Part shown: one piece after another, positions 27,304-41,039 of the stretch
Position numbering within the stretch: the first letter of the stretch is position 1
Layout: the number at the start of each line of letters is the position of its first letter
Origin: Octopus sinensis
Taxonomy: Eukaryota
Direction of reading: 5' to 3'
Assembly: GCF_006345805.1 (NCBI RefSeq)
Contig: NC_043013.1
Coordinates: forward strand, 11,036,001 to 11,100,000
DNA: 64,000 nucleotides
Notes under the pieces: model-generated
The model's database searches: none
Seen by the model: only the letters and a program-made list of their open reading frames with translations
What the model was told of the DNA's origin: nothing
Position numbers and translations under genes: made by a program

Positions 27304-27980
27304 AAAAACATCCGCGATTTCCAAACATCAAAGGGGGTAATGTTACACTCGTGAAACATCATGGAGAGTTCTATAAAAGTGGAAAATTTGGATAACAAAT
27401 TGGTTTCTAAGATTTCAGTTAGTATTACACAGGTTTATAAAAAGTCTTTTCAAAACCTCTTAGTTTTCCAGAAAGTGAAGACAAAAGTTAGGGTTTGAAT
27501 ATATCCTTATTGAATAAAGTTGGATTCTTGGAGGGGTGATGAGAAAGTATCGTACTCACTTTTTTTTTTCAGCCTGTTCGCCTTCGCTATAAGACTGCCG
27601 CTACGCTTCCTCTTCGGATTATAACATAGCGTTTTTCAGAAATTTCACACGAATTTATCTAAAATATCTCCACACAGCTTGATTCGCACTTACTATGAAC
27701 TATATATGGACAAACGCATTTTCTGTGAGTACGATACTTTCTCATCACATCTCCAAGAATCCAACTTTATTCAATAAGGATATATTCAAACCCTAACTGT
27801 TGTCTTCACTTTCTGGAAAACTAAGAGGTTTTGAAAAGACTTTTTATAAACCTGTGAAATACTAACTGAAATCTTAGAAACCAATTTGTTATCCAAATTT
27901 TCCACTTTTATAGAACTCTACATGATGTTTCACGATTGTAATATTACCCCCTTTGATGTTTGGAAATCTCGGATGTTTTT

Positions 27981-28065
27981 TCGGCTGATGAGTACGAGCC
28001 ATCTATATTTACTGCAATTTTTGTAGCCTTATTAAAGATGTCTTCGTACGAAACAATTGTACCGA
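27981..28065 (+). ncRNA. Minimal type-I hammerhead ribozyme motif (PLE/retrozyme type)
   Basis: TCGG-CTGATGA-GTACGA[extended insert]TCGTAC-GAAA-CAATTG-TA-CCGA. Stem I TCGG/CCGA, intact core, stem II GTACGA/TCGTAC, palindromic stem III ACAATTGT, GUA cleavage triplet ending at 28061. Confidence 0.8.
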
Positions 28066-28144
28066 TATTTTGATCCATTCTTGTTGCTTTTTTCCTATAT
28101 ATATATATATATAGGAAAAAAGCAACAAGAATGGATCAATATAT

Positions 28145-28176
<32 letters not shown>

Positions 28177-28277
28177 ATATATATATATTGAAATTTACAG
28201 AAAAACAAAAGACGAAGATACGTGTACGAACAACAAGCAGGTGTAGTAGTTTGGCGCTCGGGAAAGTGAGAAAGTCT

Positions 28278-28310
28278 TTTACGTTTCGAGCCTACGCTCT
28301 TCAACAGAAA
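28278..28310 (-). ncRNA. Short hammerhead-like motif, variant core (CTGTTGA)
   Basis: Minus strand TTT-CTGTTGA-A-GAGC-gtag-GCTC-GAAA-CG-TA-AAA. Confidence 0.55.
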
Positions 28311-28686
28311 GGAATAAGAGAAAATAAACAGAGGGAGAATGAAAAAACTTGTGGATTTAGAGATAAATATATATAGGCTAAATAACCCCTTCGGGCATGA
28401 ATGACCATGGAACTGCATCTATAAAGTTACCTTCCGAGGCATAAAATCAGGAAAGGTTATTTTATGGAAGGCCAGCAGTCACTTATGCATAGCAGCATCT
28501 CCTCTCTACGCCACCGATGTTATTCAAGGGAAAGCTAAAGACCAATACAGCTTGGCACCAGTGACATCGCAACTCATTTCTACAGCTGAGGGAACTGGAG
28601 CAACGTGAAACGTAGTGTCTTGCTCAAGAACACAAAACAGAGCTTAGTCCGGGAATCGAACTCACTACCTCATGATTGTGATTTAC

Positions 28687-28721
<35 letters not shown>

Positions 28722-31700
28722 AGGTGCTATAGAAGACACCTTCCCGAGGTGCCGCGCAATGAGACTGAACCCGGAAACTAGGTGGTTCCAGAACGTGCTT
28801 CATAACGACACGGCCAAGCTTACTCTTTTACTCTTTTACTTGTTTCAGTCATTTGACTGTGGCCATGCTGGAGCACCGCCTTTAGTCGAGTAAATCGACC
28901 CAGGACTTATTCTTTGTAAGTCTAGTACTTATGTTATCGGTCTCTTTTGCCGAACCGCTAAGTTACGGGGACGTAAACACACCAGCATCGGTTTCAAGCG
29001 ATGCTGGGGGACAAGCACAGACACACAAACATATACACACACATATATATACATACATACGACGGGCTTCTTTCAGTTTCCGTCTACCAAATCCACTCAC
29101 AAGGCTTTGGTCGGCCCGAGGCTATAGTAGAAGACATTCGCCCAAGGTGCCACGCGGTGGGACTGAACCCGGAACCATGTGGTTGATAAGCAAGCTACTT
29201 ACCACACAGCCACTCCTACGCCTATGACATTTTTTAACTATCTGCTGTAAAATTCGTGCTTGTTTCTATTTGTATTATGTATTATGCCATTGCGTATCCG
29301 TCGTGCGCATCTATTTATATGTATGTGCAACACATCTGAATAGGCCCCACACTGGATGAAGCTGGGGAACAACCCTTATGCAGGTAACGCTATATAATAT
29401 ACTATTCAAAGCTATACCATTCCAATACATAATTTTTTTTTTTTTTTTTTTTTGCAGGCTGTTGTACTTAAGGTATGAAGACCAGAATTATACTGTTTTA
29501 AAATACATAATCATGACTGCATTTATACATGGCCCAATATGGGACGTTTCTCAGGGTCTCTCAAGCTTGGTGAAGAAGGGGGCTTTCACTGGCAGTACCC
29601 TAAAGGCTCCGAGTTGGAGATTAAAAATATATATTTACAGCAATCAAATTAATAGTTTGTAATCTTTTTGATATGTTTACATTTATTTGTTAATCCCATA
29701 GATTTCATTTAAAATCATTGAGTTATCTTTTAATTTATTGAGGTCTTTTAGATTTAAAAAGCCATTGAATTTAATTGAGTCAATCTGAAACTACCGAAAC
29801 CGTTTAAGTTTTGAGGGTTCTTCAAAAGGATTGGGCTCTCTGTATTATCTTACTATAATGAGTTACCAAGATCGTAGGAGCCCTCAAAACTTATAAGCCC
29901 ATGGGCCCTAGTAGACCTGAAACTGGCCCTGTACATCATTGTTTATATTTAATAACAATATAGTTTGAATCGAAGTTGGGGATGTAACACCTAATAGATT
30001 ATGAAATAGTTTAACCTTCATCTCCCCATTTTCTTTTCTTTTTTTTCTGTGTTGGGGATTATATACTGCACCACTAAAACATTACTCTTTATTGATCCTG
30101 AATTTTTGGCTGCATCGTTCAGTTAATTTACATTGTGACCTGATTCTTTTGACTGGAATATGCGGAAATTTCTATTTTATCGCCACCTATATGGACGGGC
30201 TTCTTTCAGTTTCCTTCTACCAAATCCACTCGCAAGGCTTTGGTCGGGCCGAGGCTATAGAAGAAGACACTTGCCCAAGGTGCCACGCAGTGAGACTGAA
30301 CCCGGAAACATGTGGTTGGTAAGCAAACTACTTACCACACAGCCACTCCTGCGCTTATGTATAATTGGCCAAGAAATTTCGTAGTCCATTTCTCTCAGTA
30401 ACCTTGCATAAAAGTAACATCGACGAGAATACTACTGGAGGAGAAGAGAGCAATAACAGCAGTAAGAAGGCGTTTGTCTTCACTTGAGTATACAGGAGCA
30501 ACGTGAGATGAAGTGACTTGCTCAAAGAAACGACCCGACGCCTACTTCCAGAATCGCTCCCATGTCCTTGTGTTCGTGACACAAGTTCCTTACCTACAGA
30601 GCTACACACACACACTTCTCATGCATACGCACATATATATATATTCAATATACAAAATATGCTCTACCTAATTCTTTACTACCCAGAAGGGGCTAAACAC
30701 AGAGAGGACAAACAAGGATAGTTAAACGGATTAAGTCGATTACATCGACCCCAGTGTGTAACTAGTACTTATTTAATCGACCCCGAAAGGATGAAATGCA
30801 CAGTCGACCTCGGCTGAATTTGAACGCAGAACGTAGCCGCAGACGAAATACCGCTGAGCATTTCGTCCGGCGTGCTAACGATTCTGCCAGCTCACCGCCT
30901 TATATACAAAATATGCTTCTACCTGTATGTGTGACAGACAAAGAGGAAATAAAGATTTTTGCAAACGAGTGTATTAACCGTATTTACTAAAAACTCATCT
31001 AAAAAGGTGAAAGAAATATAGTGTTTCATTCAAAATCTATCTATTATCCGAGAATATTTTCACCAATTCCGTATACCCTATCCACCCACAGCAGAGCTAC
31101 AGACAAAGGAACGCATCCCAGATTACCAAAACATTCTTCAAAAATATTACAATGTTCATTTCAATTATATATCATTTAAAACACACATGTCTGAATATAT
31201 ATCAAAGTGAGTGATATTCTCAAACTGCATTCACAACATTTCATTCTAAGGAGGCTGTATATATATATATATTTACATATGCGATGTATCCATCTTAACT
31301 CATATGTTTAATATATATGAGATATGTATGTGGGAGAGAGAGGGAGAGAATTGTACATTTTTACCTTTAAACATGAGCAATTATTCATAACCATATTATG
31401 TATGTATACCTACATTAATGCATGTATATGCATGTGCGTGTTACACATTCACACACACGCGTACACTTATATATAAACTTACATATGTAGGAATATTTAT
31501 GTGTATGTGTGTGGTTCATTATAGGTGAAGATATATACCTGTGATATGCATAAATGTGTGTGATGTATGTATATATGGGCGTATATATATATATATATAT
31601 AATATCAATATGTGTGTGTAGATATGTCTATGCATACATACATATATATATATATATATAGAATATATATATATATATATATATCTATAGATTATATATA

Positions 31701-31725
31701 TATAGATATATATATAGATATATAG

Positions 31726-31756
<31 letters not shown>

Positions 31757-31845
31757 CAATATGTGTGTATATATATATGTATATATCATATATATATGTA
31801 TGCATACATACATATATAGATATATATATATATATATAATAGATA

Positions 31846-31877
<32 letters not shown>

Positions 31878-33045
31878 TTATTATATATATATTATATAGA
31901 TATATAATATATATAATACACATATCAATATGGTGTGTATTTATATGTATATATACATATATATATGTATGCATACATACATATATAGATATATATACAT
32001 ATTATATGTATATATACATATATATATGTATGCATACATACATATATATATGTATGCATACATACATATATATATATATATGTATGTATATATATATATA
32101 TATATGTATGGATGTATATATGTATGTATGCATACATACATATATATATATATATATACATATATGTATGAACATATTCATTTCTTTGGACACTCCAAAA
32201 CTGAATAAGAAAATGAATGGAAAGTAGAAACAAAGAAACGAAGAGGAAAAGAAATAAGAAAAAAGTCAAAGAAAATAATAATAAAAAAATTGCAGGAGCA
32301 AAATTTGAAAGATGCGAGCAGTGTCTACCATAGCTATAGGTGAGAGTCCAGTATGACATTTTGTATATTTTACATAAATAATATATGATAGTAAGTTAAG
32401 ATATAAGAGGGGGCATTAGTCTAATGCTTTTGGATAGGTATGCAGGATGTTGGTGGTGGTGTGTGTTGTCAGATCGCTGTATGCCAGCTATTTCAGAGTT
32501 ATGTCTTCACTAATAGCTATAAATTCTCTTCTCTTTCTCACCCTCACTCTCTTTGTAACCCTCTCCCTCTCTGTCTATGTAAACATTTGTATGTGTGCAA
32601 AAATGTGTGTGTGTTTGTGTGTCTATGTATACACATATGTTTATGTAGGTACGTGTATATATGGAAGAAAATACCAGACGAGAACATGGTAAAGATTGAA
32701 GCAAAAGGGGGAAAAGACATGGAAATCCTCTCGTCCGCCGTGGCGACAGCCCTTCCAGCGCAGTTTCGGAGCGTTTGGCATTCAAACATTAAATTGCATG
32801 GTAGTGTTCATGTGCTTGCGCCAGTGATATAGGAATATCAGAGAAAATGGATACACAAGGGTTAATATGATGAACCACAACATACAGGTTAGACGGGAAA
32901 ATAGGGACACAAATAATTAATACAAGTGAGAAATAATGTATCGATGCTTATGTGTGTGTGCGTGTTTACACACACATTCACTCGCATCTATATATGTGGG
33001 TGTGTATGAAAAAACAAGGAAAGGTAGAAAATGCTAAAATAATTT

Positions 33046-33097
<52 letters not shown>

Positions 33098-33250
33098 TAA
33101 GTTGATGAACAAACCAAATTTGTTTCCCCATTCTCTTATATATATATATAGTTAATCCAAACATGAAAGCACAAAAAAAACACAACAACGCGAGGACATG
33201 GAACAAATATAGTATTATTGGACGCTCAGGAAAAAAGGAAAGAAGGAGGG

Positions 33251-33283
33251 TTTAACGTTTCGAGCGGAGCTCTTCATCCGAAA
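33251..33283 (-). ncRNA. Short hammerhead-like motif with core substitution (CGGATGA)
   Basis: Minus strand TTT-CGGATGA-A-GAGC-tcc-GCTC-GAAA-CG-TT-AAA. Confidence 0.55.
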
Positions 33284-33374
33284 CATAGGAGAAGGAAAGA
33301 TCCAGAGAAGGGAAGACAGAGGAAAAAAATCGCCAACGGTACACACGCGGTCACACACACACACACACACACAG

Positions 33375-33423
<49 letters not shown>

Positions 33424-34523
33424 CATCTAATCACATAATTGTAACCAAAAATAATAGCCGTTCAGGCGTTTCATTAAAGAAGTTAAAAGCATATAATAAA
33501 CATATAATCGACTTAATCCCTTTGTCTGTTTTTGTTTGTCCCCTCTATCTTTAGCCCCTTCTGGGCAATAAAGAAATATATATATGTGTTTGAAAGATCG
33601 ATTGATCTCTTCCGTCCTTGTCAAGGGGAGTGCTACCCGTCTCTTATTTTTTGCAACATGTCAAATAAATTGCAACAAATGAATTTATTTGACATAAGTT
33701 TCGGAGTGGCTATGGGATGTCGATTACATCGGTCCCAGTAAATGACTGCCATTTATTCTATCGACCCCTAAATAATCAGTGATATAAATAAATAAAAGTT
33801 GACGTCGGTTACATATTTAAACTCGAAACATAGAGCAGGAAGCAGAGCTAAGAATTCTGCCCGATGCATTAAAAATTCTACCGATTATCCGTCCACGCTT
33901 TATAGGAAATAGAATACAACCGAAGGCGGCGAGCTGGCAAAAACATTAGCATGCCGGTCTGCCGCTATGTTCTGAGTTCAAATTACGCCGAGGTCGACTT
34001 TGCCTTTCATCCTTTCGGTTCGATTAAATAAGTACCAGTTACGCACTGATGTCGATATAATCGACTTAATCCGTTTGTCCCCTCTCTGTGTAGCCCCTTG
34101 TGGACAGTAAAAAAATAAGAAATTAGAATACGACCGATCAAGTTGACCAGTTCATTGTGAGAGCAATTTTTGGTGGGAAACTGGATGTGTGTTTGTGCGT
34201 GTTTCTTTCGGTGTGTATGTGTGAGTGTGTGCGCGCGCCTGTAAAAAAATTGTGTATGTTAAAGTGAATACATTGACTGTTGATAGATAAGCGCTAAATA
34301 GCATTTCAAGATCACTCCTCTTTCACCTTCTCTCTCTCTCTCTCTCTCTCTCGCTTTCTCTTTAACTCTCTGCCATTCCTTCCTCCGTCATACGCACACA
34401 CTTATTCAGTTGGATACGCCACGGCCTGTACTCACTCCGCTTCGGAATCGCGGAATTGTTTCTTGCTTATAGAAGTTACCTCCCTTGCACCTTAAAACTA
34501 ACAACAATCAAAGACAAATTAAT

Positions 34524-34930
34524 AGGATCTTTTCGGTTTGAACAGCAGTTTTTCTAACGTGTCATATGAAATTGTCATCCATAATTTATGACCCTAGTAT
34601 TGATCTATTGCATTTCAATCTATTTTAGTGTTGGGGGTGGGGGGTATCTTTTTTCTTCACAAATGTAAATAAACCCAATCTGTTTCTTAAACGAGGGACA
34701 TATTCATACGGTACAGAATGCTGTTTACCTCAATAGACGTCAGTGATTGGTTGAAATTGCAGAAATTGAAGAAGAAAAAAACAACAAATATCTTACAAAC
34801 CATAGAATTTTCTCAATAAAGCCAAGAGAAAAAGATGTTTCATAAACACATTCTACCAGTATACGAAGTTTAAAATTTTTTAGTTACCTAGAAATTATGT
34901 TAAAAACTGCCGTTCAAACTGAAAAGATCC
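34524..34930. mobile_element. MITE with about 27-bp TIRs (GGATCTTTTCGGTTTGAAC.GCAGTTTTT)
   Basis: TIRs at both ends; flanks AATTAATA / AATTATTA resemble an 8-bp TSD; second copy at 42469-42927. Confidence 0.85.
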
Positions 34931-37886
34931 AATTATTACAGTACAGTTGCATTTTCCATAATTTGTTCGCGTAACTGAATGAAAGATCGAATAAAATATA
35001 ACCAAGAAGTATAATAATATAACCGCACTACTCCGAGTATTGAATAGATTTAACTCTATACGAACATGCAAATTAACTCGAAAAACGACGTAACGCAAAA
35101 AAGTAATTTAATGAATTTATTAGCTTCCATATATTTCCAGATTTGAACAGTCCTTGCTTTTTCCTGTCCGTCTTTGTATCGTCTACCTGTCTGCAGGCTT
35201 TATTGTCGTCTGTTGCGTTCTTTTTGTGTTTTTTGTTTTATCTATATATATATACGACGGGCTTCTTCTAGTCTCCGTCTACCAAATCCAGTCACAAGGC
35301 TTTGATCGACTCGAGGATATAGAAGACACTTGCCCAAGGTGCTACGCAGTGGGACTGAACGCGGAACCACGTAGTTCGGGAACAAGTTTCCTATAACACA
35401 GCCACAACTTTTCTTATTCTTTTACTTGTTTCAGTCAGTGACTGCGGGCATGCTGGAGCACCGGCTTTAAGGTCTTTTTTCTTTAGTCGAAGCAATCGAG
35501 CCCAGGACTTATTATTGTCAGGTAGTACTTATTCTATCGGTTTCTTTTGCCGGACCGCTTATGATGGGACGTATGCACACAAACATCCGTTATTGAGCGA
35601 TGGTGCGTGGGGGGGACAAACATACACACACACGACGGGCTTCTTTCAGTTTCCGCCTACGAAGTCTACTCAAGGCTTTCATCGGCCCGAGGCTATAGTA
35701 GAAGACATTTGCTCAAGATGCCACGCAGTGGGACAGAACGCGGAACCATGTAGTTGAGAAAAACAGTGAAACTTCGTGGTCAACTGATTCGGCTTGATAA
35801 AGATACAACGTGCGAGTAGTAAGTGCAATGGTTTAACCAAGGATGGATATCAGGTTAAAACAGCCGCATCTAGATCATCAAAATGTACTCAATACACGTT
35901 ACCGGACGTAGCAATGAAAAGCATTTCTCGGGGTAAGTACTTCTTTTGGAACAATGAATCTCGAAGCACATAAAGCTATAAATAATGCCATGTAAATATG
36001 GTGTTCTCTCGAAAGCTTCTAAATTCTTATGGCATCAACAACGCATAATAGTCGCTGGTAAAAAGAAAGTTTAGGGATATTCGAAGGATTGCTTTAGTCC
36101 AATAGAAGAACGCCTCTCTTGTCTACATGAGGTGTGGGTTCGCGTTCCATAACCCTTCGACTTTTTGCATCCCAAAGGATTTTTCAAGTCGTTATTAAAA
36201 AAATGTGCTATTTTTTATAGCTTTATGTATTTCGAGATCCATTGTTCCAAATATTTTTACGTTCTCCCGAATGTTTATAAATTTTGATGTCAACTTCTAA
36301 AGGTGTTTGAAATTAGTTAAACACCTTCAGTAAATACCTCCCGTATGACCCAACACTAGATGTGCAAAAAATATCGATAAATAAATATGGGGTAGCCACG
36401 ACTAGAGCGCTTTATCTGCTCAATCGTGGTTAAGGAACAACAGCAACTATATCCACTAACCAACGAAAGAAGAAGGAGGCAATTATTTAACCACAACAGC
36501 GATGAGAAGTGGAATTAGGGTCCGCTACAAAGGCTCCTGATTCCCAATCTGTTGTCGATTCTCAGACATGTTTTGAAAAATGTCTAAAAGATTATATAAA
36601 TATTTAAAAAACATTCTGGAAATGTTAAACGTTCGCCACATTCCAGTCTTCAGAAATATTTCTTTGAAATGTTCAACATTCCACAGACTATAGCAAGGAA
36701 GCAGGTTTTACATAAATATAAAGTTGGTCGTAAATATATGGCGATTCCTTATAAGACAGATGGATATTTATTGCTTGGAGGTGAATATACATGTTTATAT
36801 ATACCTGTATGTGTGTATACACACATTTATGTATTTGACTATATACCAAGATACGTCCACATATGTTTAGGAATACATACTCACACACACATACACAGAC
36901 ATGTATATATGCATGTATATGTGTGTGCGTGTGCATATGTCAAAATACACACATGTATATACAAATATACGCACCCGAGTCTGCGTGTAAGTGTGTGTGT
37001 GTTTATATACTTAATGTGAGCCCGGGAAAGAGCAAAGATGAAGAGAAAAATTCGTGGCTTATATATATATATATCTTTTCAACACGTACCATTTCGCTAA
37101 AATGCGAAAGAGCATGCGTTGATAGATCTTGTGTCGGAGAACAAATTTCTCCCTACAAATTTGTATAAAAGAAATACCAGATACTCCAAACGACATCAGT
37201 GGATTGTCAGATGTAGTGTTTTATAACGTGGCGAGCTGGCAGAAACGTTAGCACACCGGGCGAAATGCATAGCCGTATTTTGTCGGCGTTACGTTCTGAG
37301 TTCAAATTCCGCCGAGGTCGACTTTGCCTTTCATCCTTTCGGGGTCGATTAATAAGTACCTTTTACGCACTGGGGTCGATATAATCGACTTAATCCGTTT
37401 GTCTGTCCTTGTTTGTCCCCTCTGTGATTAGCCCCTTTGTGGGTAGTAAAGAAATAGATATTTCGTCTGCCGCTACGTTCTGAGTTCAAATGTCCACCGA
37501 GGTCGACTTTACCTTTTATCCTTTCGGGGGTCGATAAATTTAGTATCAGTTAGGAACTGGGGTCGATTTGATCGACTTGCCCCTTCCCTCAAAATATCTA
37601 TCTATCTATCTATCTATCTATCTGTCTGCCTTTATATCTATCTATCTGTGCTTCTGTATGCGTTCTCTCCCTCTCGGTGTCAGATGAAAAGAAAAACGAA
37701 CTTGGTCATTTGGAGCCAGAGAGGAATAGCTGTTTCTATATAGTAAACAGGAAGCGAACAAAATATTTACTTGTGTGTGCTGAGGCGCTTCAGCATAGGC
37801 ACTCGAACCTGGGAACCTACTTGTGCATTGCTGGCGATTTTTTTTCCTCCGTCTTCCTTTTCTCTTGAACTTTCCTCTGTCTCCTG

Positions 37887-37910
37887 TTTCTGAAGAAGAG
37901 AAACGTAAAA
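37887..37910 (+). ncRNA. Decayed hammerhead-like motif, stem II deleted
   Basis: TTT-CTGAAGA-AGA-GAAA-CG-TA-AAA, in flanks homologous (inverted) to the 33.2-33.35 kb copy. Confidence 0.45.
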
Positions 37911-38404
37911 CGACCTTTCTTTCCTTCCCTGAGCGTCTTTTAATACGTCCTCGTGTTGTTTTTTTCTTTTCTTTTTTTTCTTTTTTGAGTAATTATATAT
38001 ATATATACATACATACATGTGTGTGTATGTGTGTGTATGAGTGTGTACATATATTTAATATATACACAGTATAAAGATACGAACTACTAATCGCAAGAAA
38101 CATAGTAGCTGTATATTTTTCACTGTGTTTCTTAAATGATATTTATCTCTCACTGGATAGAGGATATTTTGTTGACCTTACCTTACCTTACCTTAACGAA
38201 ACAGAGTGTGTGCTGGTGGGGTTGGTGGGTGTATTAATAGCGAATTCAATTTTGCCTGCATATCAACACTATTTCCCACTTAACCACCATCCGAACCAAA
38301 GAAGTAACCTCTACGTAGCCGGTCCACTTGCAAGAAATAAGTAAGACATCTGCAGTAAATGTGTAATTATGAGCGGGGAATATTTTATTTTTTATTTTAT
38401 TTTA

Positions 38405-38720
38405 TCTAGTTTCAGCTCACGAGCTGTGGCCATGCTGGGGCACCGCCATTTGGTGTTGCTACATGATTTTACTTCACGAATGCTTTTCAGCAACTGCCAT
38501 TTGGTGCATGAGAGAGTTCGATGCAGCTGCCCTCATCTGCATCTCCTGCCGTGAAGTTGGTTCATCCGGGACACCTGACAGGAAGAGATCCAGTCCTACT
38601 TTAAAGACATCCGCATCCACCCCATGCAGGTCTCTCAGGTTCTTCGGGAGGATATTGAAGAGCTGTGGGCCTCTGAAGCCCAGGCTATCACAGTATCTTG
38701 TCCTACATCTTGATGTTGAA
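38405..38720 (-). mobile_element. CR1/L2-group LINE 3' end
   Basis: Minus translation SRCRTRYCDSLGFRGPQLFNILPKNLRDLHGVDADVFKVGLDLFLSGVPDEP...AAASNSL, a typical C-terminus of these LINEs, followed by a tail. Confidence 0.8.
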
Positions 38721-38984
38721 TGAAATCATAATTAATTGATCCTCTTGTATTTTCTTTTACCCAAAACCAGGAACTTTTCAGTACCCCCGCCTATGTGTTC
38801 TGTAGTAAGTTTGCTTCCCAACCACATGGTCCCAGGTTCGATTACCTATGCTCAAGCGCCTCAGCACACGCAAGTAAATATTTTGTTTGTTTCCTGTTTA
38901 CTATATAGAAACAGCTATTCCTCTCTGGCTCCAAATGACCAAGTTCGTTTTTCTTTTCATCTGACACCGAGAGGGAGAGAACGC

Positions 38985-39250
<266 letters not shown>

Positions 39251-39982
39251 AGTCTCTTTGTTTCAAATCACATCGCATCGTCTTGAAAATGACAAAGATA
39301 TACTTGAAAATACTGCCAAGGGTGGTCGAAGCTGAAATGCCTTTCAGCATGGCTATTCCCACCAAGGGCCAACATGGAGCTAAATAACAAATAACCATCA
39401 CCACATTTTTTCAAGGAATTCTTGTGATAATCCGTGATTGTGATTAACCGTTTTGTACTGGATTGGCATCGCCATGTGTGGTTTACACAGAGATACTCTA
39501 GCACCAAATGTGGAAGATTAAGAGACCTATGTATGCTCTTTGATCTAATCTATACCGTGTTGGCAGAGCCAAAAAAAGATATGTGGACATCAATTCCTCA
39601 ATTCGACTGGACCGTAACCACTCGAAGTTCTACAAAGAGAGCCGCTTTCATCTGCATGATTCTGAGAAACGACCACCACTAACGCAGTTGTTCCACTATG
39701 TGTGTACGTATGGGTGGTGGTGGTGGTGGTGGTGATTGGTTAGATGAAGCCAAGAGGTAGAGGAGAGAAAGAAATGAAAAGCCAAGTTGACCGGTCCACT
39801 TAACTGCCAAACTTAATTATCCGTTGATCCGACAAAGAGGTATTTAGTTTGTTGACAGCAGTATGGCAAAACACATCTTAGTTTCAATTGGTTGAAGAAA
39901 ATTATATATACACATATATATATATATATATATGTGTGTGTTTGTGTGTGTATGTATGTATATATATATATATATATATATA

Positions 39983-40051
<69 letters not shown>

Positions 40052-40065
40052 GTATGTATATATAT

Positions 40066-40242
40066 AGGTGCAGGAGTGGCTGTGTGGTAAGTAGCTTGCT
40101 AACCAACCACATAGTTCCGGGTTCAGTCCTACTGCGTGGCACCTTGGGCAAGTGTCTTCTACTATAGCCTCGGACCGACCAAAGCCTTGTAAGTGGATTT
40201 GGTAGACGGAAACTGAAAGAAGCCCTTCGTATATATGTATGC

Positions 40243-40274
<32 letters not shown>

Positions 40275-40732
40275 ATGTGTGTGTGTGTGTGTACGTGTGT
40301 GTGTATGTTTGTGTGTCTGTGTTTGCCCCCCCTCTCACCCAAAAAAACATCGCTTGGTGTATTTACGTCCCCGTAACTTAGCGGTTCGGCAAAAGAGACC
40401 GATAGAATAAGTACTAGGCTTACAAAGAATAAGTCCTGGGGTCGAATTGCTCGACTAAAGGCGGTGCTCCAGCATGGCCACAGTCAAATGACTGAAACAA
40501 GTAAAAGAGTAAAGAATATATATGCATATATATTATGTATATGTATGTATATATATAGGTGCAGGAGTGGCTGTGTGGTAAGTAGCTTGCTAACCAACAC
40601 ATAGTTCCGGGTTCAGTCCTACTGCGTGGCACCTTGGGCAAGTGTCTTCTACTATAGCCTCGGACCGACCAAAGCCTTGTAAGTGGATTTGGTAGACGGA
40701 AACTGAAAGAAGCCCTTCGTATATATGTATGC

Positions 40733-40781
<49 letters not shown>

Positions 40782-41003
40782 TGTGTGTGTATGTTTGTGT
40801 GTCTGTGTTTGCCCCCCCTCTCACCCAAAAAAAACATCGCTTGGTGTATTTACGTCCCCGTAACTTAGCGGTTCGGCAAAAGAGACCGATAGAATAAGTA
40901 CTAGGCTTACAAAGAATAAGTCCTGGGGTCGAATTGCTCGACTAAAGGCGGTGCTCCAGCATGGCCACAGTCAAATGACTGAAACAAGTAAAAGAGTAAA
41001 GAA
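40066..41003 (+). repeat. Tandem duplication (period 491 bp) of a full SINE family B copy
   Basis: Copies start at 40066 and 40557 and share private variants (GAAGCCCTTCG, CTCTCACCCAAAAAAA). Confidence 0.95.
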
Positions 41004-41039
41004 TATATATGCATATATATATATGTATATATATAATAT

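Larger units (their letters stand above)
27186..28098. repeat. Long inverted repeat: 374-bp arms (27186-27559 / 27725-28098), 165-bp spacer
   Basis: Arms are reverse complements with about 8 substitutions by manual comparison. Confidence 0.95.

Noticed and set aside
36621-36655. Minus-strand CTGAAGA...GAACGTT
   Set aside because: No stem II pairing and GAAA is incomplete.
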